DNA of 40,691 nucleotides from a virus: IMG/VR virus record IMGVR_UViG_3300009285_002085; one strand, 5' to 3'. Shown piece by piece: positions 34,245 to 40,691 of this stretch (position 1 is its first letter; each line of letters starts with the position of its first letter). The notes under the pieces were generated by a model. It saw only the letters and a program-made list of their open reading frames with translations, ran no database searches and was not told where the DNA came from. The position numbers and the translations under genes were made by a program.

Positions 34245-34469
34245 TTAAAATAAATTATTCTCCAATGATTTCCTTACGATATACGCCTTAACTATGGAGG
34301 GGAAAAAGAACATGGCCTTGTATTTCCTCCCCACAGCGTTGATTTTGGTGGTGTATGAAATCACCCCAGAAGCTTTGAGATCTACTTTCCTCCTCATACA
34401 GGCCCGAGGCGACTTCCCCACCAACTCAGCCAGCTTTAACCACCCAAATTGAGCGCATTCATCGGCCAT
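34245..34469 (-). CDS. small HTH-type DNA-binding protein (74 aa)
   Basis: WLKLAELVGKSPRACMRRKVDLKASG resembles a helix-turn-helix. It lies directly upstream of the iterons. Confidence 0.55.
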   Translation of the reverse strand: MADECAQFGWLKLAELVGKSPRACMRRKVDLKASGVISYTTKINAVGRKYKAMFFFPSIVKAYIVRKSLENNLF

Positions 34470-34605
34470 CCTTGGCCCCCCTTTCTTCCCCCAACTGGCA
34501 CTGTGGCGGCCTTACGTTGTCGTCTTGTGTAGTGGTCTCCTTGTATTCACCCACCTTTATTGTGTGGCACCACTCGCTTACATCTAGACGCTCGATATGT
34601 TCCAT
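34459..34605 (-). CDS. small ORF (48 aa), not in the ORF track
   Basis: ATG at 34605 is preceded by GGGGGTG. Its stop TGA overlaps the next gene's start region. Translation is MEHIERLDVSEWCHTIKVGEYKETTTQDDNVRPPQCQLGEERGAKDGR. Confidence 0.3.
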   Translation of the reverse strand: MEHIERLDVSEWCHTIKVGEYKETTTQDDNVRPPQCQLGEERGAKDGR

Positions 34606-34663
34606 ATCACACCCCCACTTGCGCCATAATCTACCCTAACAACTGTATCTCCCCCGGCAAGCC

Positions 34664-34855
34664 TTATTGCATGTTATTATTTTCCAACTCCACCCTTAAA
34701 AAGAATCTCCCAATATTTATTCCACACCTATCGCAATGTGTTGTCTCTATTTCATGCTTCTTCCCAACCTCATCATCACTGAAATAAACAATAACATTCC
34801 CACACCGATAGGTCATTTTATCGTGACACTTTGGACAAATAGCATATACTTTCAT
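34664..34855 (-). CDS. zinc-ribbon protein (63 aa)
   Basis: CPKC...C and CDRC cysteine pairs. ATGA overlap with the upstream gene. Confidence 0.6.
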   Translation of the reverse strand: MKVYAICPKCHDKMTYRCGNVIVYFSDDEVGKKHEIETTHCDRCGINIGRFFLRVELENNNMQ

Positions 34856-35688
34856 TCCATTCCCCTCCCAACACCCGCCATCGCAAGCCGTTGTAATACC
34901 CCCGCCGCCCGCTCCATTTCCCCCGGGATCGGCTTTTTAATCACCGCCTGTTTTGCGTCAAAATCCCTGGCATTGTATTTCCCATTCTCCACATCCAACG
35001 CTTTTTGTAGATATGAGTACGGATATTCAGCGTTATCCCCGTTTTTTAGTAGAGATTTAAGCACATGGAGGATGGCTTTTGGGTGAGCTTTTCTATTTTT
35101 GCCGTACCAGGTATCAATTGGCAGCCTGGGGTGTTTGTTTTTCACCTGCTTAACAAGTTCCTGAAGCTCTGTAAAATTTTCACCCACCGCTGTTGTTTTT
35201 AGTTTTTCTACAAGGGCGACTTTTTCTTTTTCCGGTTTCGGTGTCTCGGTCTCAAAAGGCGGGTACTCTAAATCATCAAGGTTAGTATTAGCTTCTTTAT
35301 CTTTATCTTTATCTTTATCTTTATCTTTATCATGGGTGAGGATTTCCCGAGCAACTCCCGAGCAACTCCCGAGTTTTCGTTGTGTCCACTCATCCATTAA
35401 TTCAGAGAATTTAGGAATAAAAATAGACACTTGATTGACGCTGTAATTAATTTCCCATTTATATATTTTTGAGAGAATTTTTTTGACTTTTGAAGGAGAA
35501 ACGCGAAGCTTTTGATGAAGATATGATAAACTTACGACAAGTTTCCATTGGTTTTCTGGTGAAAACTCGCGAGAATATATCTCAAGAATACCAAAAAAAA
35601 CAACATATCCATCCGATCGAAACTCTGACATGAGATCGAAAATGAATGGATCATCAAGACTATCTGATATGTGTTTATACCATTTCAT
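34852..35688 (-). CDS. replisome organizer-like protein with a DUF4373 (Lin1244/Lin1753-like) N-terminal domain
   Basis: MKWYKHISDSLDDPFIFDLMSEFRSDGYVVFFGILEIYS matches my recollection of the DUF4373 N-terminal signature. It has a (DK)6 linker and a basic C-terminal domain. Confidence 0.65.
   Translation of the reverse strand: MKWYKHISDSLDDPFIFDLMSEFRSDGYVVFFGILEIYSREFSPENQWKLVVSLSYLHQKLRVSPSKVKKILSKIYKWEINYSVNQVSIFIPKFSELMDEWTQRKLGSCSGVAREILTHDKDKDKDKDKDKEANTNLDDLEYPPFETETPKPEKEKVALVEKLKTTAVGENFTELQELVKQVKNKHPRLPIDTWYGKNRKAHPKAILHVLKSLLKNGDNAEYPYSYLQKALDVENGKYNARDFDAKQAVIKKPIPGEMERAAGVLQRLAMAGVGRGME
35295..35330. repeat. hexanucleotide microsatellite (CTTTAT)x6 encoding (DK)6
   Basis: Six perfect units read directly, inside the organizer gene linker. 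Confidence 0.95.
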
Positions 35689-35820
35689 AAGGCAGTAACC
35701 TCAAGGCGAACTAACCGACAAGGGGCTATCTCCGCAGGGCGCGAAGCAATGCCGGTTAGCCGCCATGAGCAAGTATTAATTTTATGGATTATCATAATTG
35801 GTAGCCTCCAATCTGGCTGA

Positions 35821-35849
35821 TAGAATACACCTCTTCCACTAAATGTCAA
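35821..35849 (-). promoter_or_regulatory. sigma70-like promoter candidate: -35 TTGACA at 35849..35844, -10 TATTCT/ATTCTA
   Basis: The reverse complement reads TAAAAATTTGTTGACATTTAGTGGAAGAGGTGTATTCTA. An A-tract lies upstream, similar to the other two promoters. Confidence 0.4.
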
Positions 35850-35856
35850 CAAATTT

Positions 35857-36327
35857 TTACCCTTCTCCCATGTACTTTTGGGGTTTAATTTTCACCCCTG
35901 GGATGGTCTCAATCCGGATCCGTTCGTTCCATTCTATAGTGATATCTGTCCTTGGAACGGCGCCATAAAGTTTTCGGTAGTCGGCATGCCATACCTGGCT
36001 GTCATCGTGCCAGGCGAGCCCATTCAGACAATCCTTGACCATTTTTACAAGATTATCGCCATCGGGTTTATAGACGTGGGCGCCGTGGTTGTCAAAAATC
36101 TGACGGCAGTCTTTCTTTGATTTTGACTTCGGTACTGGGAAATAAAACACGCACCAGAGCTGCACCGGTTCGTCTTTGGGCGCTGCCTGTTTAATCTGGC
36201 TGTTTGCCAGCAGCTTAAACTGATCTTCCTCCCGCCTTTGGCAGTTGTATGGTCTACCAAACCCCCTTGACCGAGCGCGTTCTTTCGCAATCGGCACCCC
36301 TGGAATTGTGATCTCTATTATTGGCAT
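35857..36327 (-). CDS. rusA: RusA-family Holliday junction resolvase
   Basis: The N-terminal strand IPGVPIAKERARS and YKPDGDNLVKMVKDCLNGLAWHDDSQV (the KPDxDNxxKxxxDxL...DD motif). Confidence 0.85.
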   Translation of the reverse strand: MPIIEITIPGVPIAKERARSRGFGRPYNCQRREEDQFKLLANSQIKQAAPKDEPVQLWCVFYFPVPKSKSKKDCRQIFDNHGAHVYKPDGDNLVKMVKDCLNGLAWHDDSQVWHADYRKLYGAVPRTDITIEWNERIRIETIPGVKIKPQKYMGEG

Positions 36328-36367
36328 TCCCTACCTCCCGTCCATTATTTTATGCTTCAACACTTCA

Positions 36368-36397
36368 ATTTTATTGGTGAATAAAAATAATTGCAAA
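36368..36397 (-). promoter_or_regulatory. candidate promoter for the rusA-side operon: -35 TTTGCA, 18-nt spacer, -10 TAAAAT
   Basis: Read on the reverse complement of the AT-rich divergent intergenic region. Confidence 0.35.
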
Positions 36398-36400
36398 TTA

Positions 36401-36441
36401 TTAAAAATAATGCTTGACAAACCATAAAATTGATATATATT
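36401..36441 (+). promoter_or_regulatory. near-consensus sigma70 promoter of the plus-strand cassette: -35 TTGACA at 36414..36419, 16-nt spacer, -10 TATATT at 36436..36441
   Basis: Read directly. The 19-nt core TTAAAAATAATGCTTGACA is shared with the early promoter at 7415..7433. Confidence 0.6.
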
Positions 36442-36503
36442 AAGGCCAACATCGCGGCTGGATTGACCACCAGCTGGAAACCTAAAACGAAAGGAGAAAA
36501 ATC

Positions 36504-37637
36504 ATGAATACCGAAAAAAGAGCGCACCAGGTAGCGGAGAAAATCAATAAAATCGTCGCAGATAAATCCCAGGTTTTGGTCTGGTACCACACGCGGCAGG
36601 ATGCTGTGCAGGCGGAATTGAGGCTCCACCGGGAATGGAAAATCAGCGTCCCCGTGGATGTAATTAATTATCCACGCGACATCAGCGGCCAGAACGGCCA
36701 CCTCTGGGGGGAGATGCGGCGGCTGGAGTGGGAGATTACCCAGGTGTCTCTCGTGTGTCAGCGAGAAATAGATCATGTTATCCGCATCAACGAGCGCACA
36801 AAAACCGGCCCGCCGCGCCGCGCCGAGGCAAAAAACCTCTGGCTGATTGAGGAGGTTGGGAAACAATTTATCACCGATTACCGCGCGGCGACCTCTAAAC
36901 GCAATTTGGCCGCGATCCGGAAAAACATCACCGACCTCCAGGCCCAGCAAAAAGCTCTCCTCCCTAAGCTCCGGGAGTCCAATAGTCTCTACCTCGCTGG
37001 CAAAAAATCGGGGAAAGCGGCGCGTGCGGCGGCAAACGCAGAGGCGTTGAAATCCGGGCGGTTTTGGGAGGCCGATGAGTCCGCCCTGAAGAATTATTTT
37101 CACCCGCCCTTCAACAAAAATTACATCGCCGATGTGTCGGAAAAATGGCGCGCCTGCCTGATCTTGGAGTGCGAATCTGTATCGTACAGGGCTGGGTACA
37201 ACAACGAGTGGCGGCACAAATTGTCCGCGACCGGCGAGGCCTATCTCTGTGGCATTGATGACAACGGCGATGAATGGGGTCATCGCTGCCGGGTGGACAT
37301 TGGCCATGATCAGTACGGCAATGGAGATTTTGAGGCCACCGTCGAGGATGCTATGTCTGAGCTGTTCGAAATTTCGGCCCATGCGCTCTCTCGCTGCGAG
37401 CGCCAGGGCGACCTGCTTTTCTGCCCCGAGCCGATCCCACCTGAGACCGAGCTGCACCCCCAGGAGACATGGACACCGCGCGAATCCCACAATATCGCCA
37501 GCCCCAGCCTCCAGCGCAACGGGCGATATTTCCGCGCGGCCGACGATATCCAGATCACACACACCAGCCACGCGGCGGTTACGCTGCCGGCGGGGGAATA
37601 CAGGCTGTATCCATTGCAGGTCGCGGACGCTGATTAA
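36504..37637 (+). CDS. orphan protein A of the inverted cassette (377 aa), function unknown
   Basis: RBS AAAGGAGAAAAATC before the ATG. The amino-acid composition is balanced and protein-like, and the codon pattern is G-rich at first positions. The C-terminus is GDLLFCPEP...RESHNI...ITHTSHAAVTLPAGEYRLYPLQ. Confidence 0.7.
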   Translation: MNTEKRAHQVAEKINKIVADKSQVLVWYHTRQDAVQAELRLHREWKISVPVDVINYPRDISGQNGHLWGEMRRLEWEITQVSLVCQREIDHVIRINERTKTGPPRRAEAKNLWLIEEVGKQFITDYRAATSKRNLAAIRKNITDLQAQQKALLPKLRESNSLYLAGKKSGKAARAAANAEALKSGRFWEADESALKNYFHPPFNKNYIADVSEKWRACLILECESVSYRAGYNNEWRHKLSATGEAYLCGIDDNGDEWGHRCRVDIGHDQYGNGDFEATVEDAMSELFEISAHALSRCERQGDLLFCPEPIPPETELHPQETWTPRESHNIASPSLQRNGRYFRAADDIQITHTSHAAVTLPAGEYRLYPLQVADAD

Positions 37638-37650
37638 GGGAATTAACAAA

Positions 37651-37710
37651 CCCCTCCCTGTCGCTGGCAGGAGATGCCACCCCGGAGACCAATCCGGGGT
37701 CAGGGAGGGG
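37651..37710. promoter_or_regulatory. nested stem-loop between cassette genes A and B
   Basis: A 10-bp outer stem CCCCTCCCTG/CAGGGAGGGG encloses a 7-bp hairpin CCCCGGA-gaccaa-TCCGGGG. On the minus strand the structure is followed by TTTGTT. Confidence 0.5.
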
Positions 37711-37740
37711 AAAACCACCAGACCATAGGAGGTATAAAAA

Positions 37741-38171
37741 TGGCACGCAAAAGCACCGCCCCGCGAATCGAGGGCAAATCCGCAGAATGGTATCCGTCCG
37801 TCTTCTCCAGCCTCAATGGGGGGCTGGAGTATTGCGCCGACGCTATTCCGATGCTGTATCGGCACACACTGGAACATCTGCGCCGGGAATTTTCTCGCGG
37901 AGAACTGATGTGCATGATCGATGTTTTCAACAGCACGGCGCTTAACCCCGTGCTCGCCGGGCAGCAGCTTGATATCCAGGTCGCCGATGGGATCACACTT
38001 GACTCCCTGGATGCGAAATGGGCGATCGACGGGAATGCCCTCAATCTCAAAATCGCCGGCCTCACAATTTTTGAGGCCGCCTGCCTGGAAATTTGGGCAA
38101 ATGGGTTCTGGTATCGGCAAAACCCAGAGGAGCCGCTGGATTTGGAGGCATGGGCGGGCCAGTTGTTGTAA
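37741..38171 (+). CDS. orphan protein B of the inverted cassette (143 aa), function unknown
   Basis: ATG is preceded by TAGGAGGTATAAAA. The 165-aa longest ORF begins inside the hairpin and lacks an RBS. Confidence 0.65.
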
Positions 38172-38185
38172 TTCCATATAACCCT

Positions 38186-39820
38186 CTAAACCCCCGGAGC
38201 GGAGCGCCAATTCAACGGCGCCCGCTCACTTTTGCAAATCCCCTGTGGAACCGGATACTGTGCCGCAACATAAGCCCTCAGCGACTCCAACTCCCTCACC
38301 GTCATCTCTTCCCGAGCCCTTCCAAACATCCGCTTCAACTCCCCATTCAAATACTGATGCCTTACATTATATGTTCTACAAAACCGTTTAATATTGTTGT
38401 TTATTTCCTCCCGTAGCTCGTTCTCAAGTTCCCTCTGGGTTTGCTGTGCCTCTTGCTGGTAGCCGGCGAACGAAAAAACATTCTGCTTGGCCCCGATGAG
38501 TTTTGACGACAGCGGAGTAATGCCGGGACGGGGATCTCCGAAGAGGCTTTCCTGTTCTCCTGGGGCAAGTGGGGTTTTCTTTTTTGTGGCGATGGCCAGC
38601 GCTTCGGTCTGATCCGCCTCAATGTCAGCCGCGAGTTTCATAAACAATTTGTCCGCCGGGGCAAAGATGTAGCCCTTTTGGGTTTCATACGGGCCGGCCT
38701 GAGGGTCGATGCGGACGGCGCGAGCCACCATCTGCTCAATCCATGGCGCCGATCTGATATTCGTCAGGCAAATAATATGTGAAATAGAGGGAACATCCAG
38801 ACCTTCATACGCCATCGCAACCGTGACCAGAATCCTCAATTTCCCAGCCTTCAGGGACTTTATCTGCTTAACCGCCTCCAGTGTATCGTCTGATGTGGCG
38901 ATCTCAGCGTGCAGGCCCTGCTGCTTGAGAATGGCGGTGTATTCCTTGGCCGATTCGATTGACGCGGCAACCACCAGAAGCGTTCCACTTGGATTGATCG
39001 TTTTCCGATGGTTTTGCCAGTGATCAACCCCAACCCCGAGAAGTTCCTGAGCGTACTCAGTTTTCAGCGCGGTATAAAGCGCTTGGTTCGCATCATATCT
39101 ACCTGTGCTGATCTTAGCCTCAACAATCTTTCCAGATTCCTTTTGCCATTTGGCTGTACCGTCAGCGAAGTGGAACGCAAGCGGGATGATGGCCTGATCG
39201 GCGAGAGCATCTTTTCTGTTGTACCTGATCGCCACCGTTTTGGGGCTGTCATGGAAACATGGAGTGAAACGGTCACCGATCTGGTCATACGGTGTAAACG
39301 CAATCTTCTTCGCGTCCCCGCGCGAGAGGGTGCCGGTCATCAACACCCGAACCACGGCTTGCTCGTAAAGCGGAGCGATTGCGCGCGTCCACTCCCCATC
39401 CTCAGCCTCCAGATGGTGAAACTCATCCAGTACAAGGATGTAACGATGCCGATTGAAGTCGGTCAGTATCGTTTTCTTTACGTCCGCCCCCGCAGCCTGG
39501 TAGGTCGTGACAAAGCCATTTGTCCCGCGAGAAGGATTTATTTCATTCGTTGACGAACGGATAACAAGGTTGTGGCCGAACATCTTCCGGAAAAAGGGAT
39601 CAATGAAGTTCCGTTCCGCCTGATCCTGCAGCGACATCCGCGGCGCAATCCAACAAATCTTGTCAGCAATCCCCGCGGTGATTAGTTTACCGGCCTGCAC
39701 CGGCAGCGTCGATTTACCCGCGCCCGGGGTTGCGTGAACCACAATATCGCGGACTCCCAAACCGTTGATTATACCGGCAATAGCAGCGTCAAAATCAGAC
39801 TGATGCTTGCGCAGCTTCAT
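38186..39820 (-). CDS. superfamily-2 DEAD/DEAH-type helicase
   Basis: Motif I HATPGAGKST, motif II VLDEFHH, motif III MTGT and motif VI QMVARAVR. It has a C-terminal extension of about 150 aa. Confidence 0.85.
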   Translation of the reverse strand: MKLRKHQSDFDAAIAGIINGLGVRDIVVHATPGAGKSTLPVQAGKLITAGIADKICWIAPRMSLQDQAERNFIDPFFRKMFGHNLVIRSSTNEINPSRGTNGFVTTYQAAGADVKKTILTDFNRHRYILVLDEFHHLEAEDGEWTRAIAPLYEQAVVRVLMTGTLSRGDAKKIAFTPYDQIGDRFTPCFHDSPKTVAIRYNRKDALADQAIIPLAFHFADGTAKWQKESGKIVEAKISTGRYDANQALYTALKTEYAQELLGVGVDHWQNHRKTINPSGTLLVVAASIESAKEYTAILKQQGLHAEIATSDDTLEAVKQIKSLKAGKLRILVTVAMAYEGLDVPSISHIICLTNIRSAPWIEQMVARAVRIDPQAGPYETQKGYIFAPADKLFMKLAADIEADQTEALAIATKKKTPLAPGEQESLFGDPRPGITPLSSKLIGAKQNVFSFAGYQQEAQQTQRELENELREEINNNIKRFCRTYNVRHQYLNGELKRMFGRAREEMTVRELESLRAYVAAQYPVPQGICKSERAPLNWRSAPGV

Positions 39821-40302
39821 GGCTTCGCCTCCTGCTTGAGTATCGTTTTGATTAATGCAATATCAAGACGGTCTTCACTTACACGATGCATATAAAAACC
39901 CCGACTATCAGACCCGGAAAAGACAATCCATTCATCGCTAATTCGTTCCAAGCTGATATCTCCATTTAGCATCCCGACTAAGCACCGCTCTGGATTTTCC
40001 GGGTCGAAGACGGGTGGAAGCCAGAGACACGTTGTTGACAGAATATCTTGGTCAGATAACAATCGTTCATCTCCATTACTTGCAGTACAATGCCAGTATG
40101 TTTTTGACTGAAGGGAAGATTTGCTCCGAATAACAATTATTTCCGTGCGTTGATCTTCCGACCATATCTGTTTATCCAGGTCTTCGCCAAAAACGGTACA
40201 TTTACGCCACACTTTATCCCCGGCACTCCACTCCCCAAATCTTTCCTTGTAAATCTTCGTCTCGCTCAGGCGGCGATATAGAGCTAAATGTTCTTCGTTC
40301 AT
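39817..40302 (-). CDS. hypothetical protein (161 aa)
   Basis: ATG at 40302 forms an ATGA overlap with the upstream stop, and its own stop overlaps the helicase start. Confidence 0.6.
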   Translation of the reverse strand: MNEEHLALYRRLSETKIYKERFGEWSAGDKVWRKCTVFGEDLDKQIWSEDQRTEIIVIRSKSSLQSKTYWHCTASNGDERLLSDQDILSTTCLWLPPVFDPENPERCLVGMLNGDISLERISDEWIVFSGSDSRGFYMHRVSEDRLDIALIKTILKQEAKP

Positions 40303-40691
40303 GGATCGATCTCCTTCCGTATCCAAATAAGCAGGTCTATGGCAGCATCAGCAGGATTTGCATTCTTGAATCGCGTCGGAATCATTATTCGATGTCCATC
40401 TTTTACGGGATAGTCATAATGCGTAATGATAGTATCTTCCCCATCATTGGCAACGGTCATATTAATTGATGTTATTTTGCGCCGTTTCAACTCCCTTCCA
40501 TCCCTCTCAAAATATTCCCTGTTCCCATCTCCTATATTCCCTGTAATCCCATGAAACTTAAACCGCTTCTCGATGTACTTCTTTTCCTTAACCGACAGCT
40601 CAATGTATATCTTGGGCTCTTCTGGCCGGTTTATCCAAAGGGCTATCGCACCCAGATAGATAAGGAGCAGAAGGAAGCCGATTATTATTTT
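40299..40691 (-). CDS. 3' part of the junction-spanning membrane-anchored protein gene (its start is at 82 in the left copy)
   Basis: The frame is open from the window edge to 40299. The ORF track shows only the TTG-initiated tail 40299..40490. Confidence 0.55.
   Translation of the reverse strand, partial: KIIIGFLLLLIYLGAIALWINRPEEPKIYIELSVKEKKYIEKRFKFHGITGNIGDGNREYFERDGRELKRRKITSINMTVANDGEDTIITHYDYPVKDGHRIMIPTRFKNANPADAAIDLLIWIRKEIDP
40622..40691. repeat. Terminal overlap copy 2 (identical to 1..70)
   Basis: Direct comparison. Confidence 0.95.

Noticed and set aside
35711-35759. A possible structured 5' leader or small RNA upstream of the organizer gene, formed by CTAACCG...CGGTTAG pairing
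   Set aside because: There is only a 7-bp outer stem with a poorly paired 35-nt interior. It is not distinctive enough to call without covariation or expression data.
36357-38210. A 617-aa minus-strand ORF covering the whole plus-strand cassette, its intergenic hairpin and its promoter
   Set aside because: Its composition is dominated by R/G/P/L/F/V, as is typical of an antisense shadow frame. It has no RBS at its ATG, which lies inside the helicase 3' end, and it runs through an AT-rich promoter region. The two plus-strand ORFs have proper GGAGG RBSs and protein-like composition. A formal coding-potential score would settle the question.

Overview
The window is a complete dsDNA phage genome. 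Bases 1-70 are identical to 40622-40691 and a minus-strand gene reads in frame across that junction, so the unique length is about 40,621 bp (circular assembly closure, circular permutation or a short terminal repeat). I count about 55 protein genes. All but two are on the minus strand. They are packed tightly, with many ATGA/TAATG/GTGA start-stop overlaps and GGAGG-type ribosome binding sites. I found no tRNA, rRNA, CRISPR array, integrase, DNA polymerase or RNA polymerase.

Modules, in transcription order on the minus strand:
- 36327->34245: RusA resolvase, DUF4373-type replisome organizer, and small zinc-ribbon and HTH proteins.
- 34224->34131: a 14-bp x4 iteron array next to a promoter-like site.
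- 34110->8407: the late operon. It encodes TerS, TerL, GNAT 1, two small proteins, three proteins with Sec signal peptides, a T7 gp8-like portal, scaffold, major capsid, a cement-like protein, a lysis cassette (holin candidate, SleB-type hydrolase, DUF1353), T7 gp11- and gp12-like tail tubular proteins, GNAT 2, three internal virion proteins (one of 1774 aa), a beta-helix tailspike and a small possible receptor-binding protein.
- 8153->7439: two membrane proteins inside a low-GC cassette.
- 7372 -> across the junction -> 38186: the early operon. It encodes an XRE HTH protein, small ORFs, a wHTH protein, a 389-aa orphan, SbcD/SbcC-like nuclease, a Cys-rich protein, a PAPS-reductase-like enzyme, a membrane protein, an orphan and an SF2 helicase.

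The only plus-strand genes form a two-gene orphan cassette (36504..38171) with its own near-consensus promoter. This cassette is the best candidate for an undescribed system. Other notable points are canonical Sec signal peptides on four virion-module proteins, a compositionally foreign enzymatic insert in the giant ejection protein, a PAPS-reductase/SMC-like/Mre11-like cluster, a 19-nt promoter core shared by two distant promoters, and clear mosaic low-GC modules.

All functional calls rest on motifs I read in the translations and on synteny. No database search was possible.
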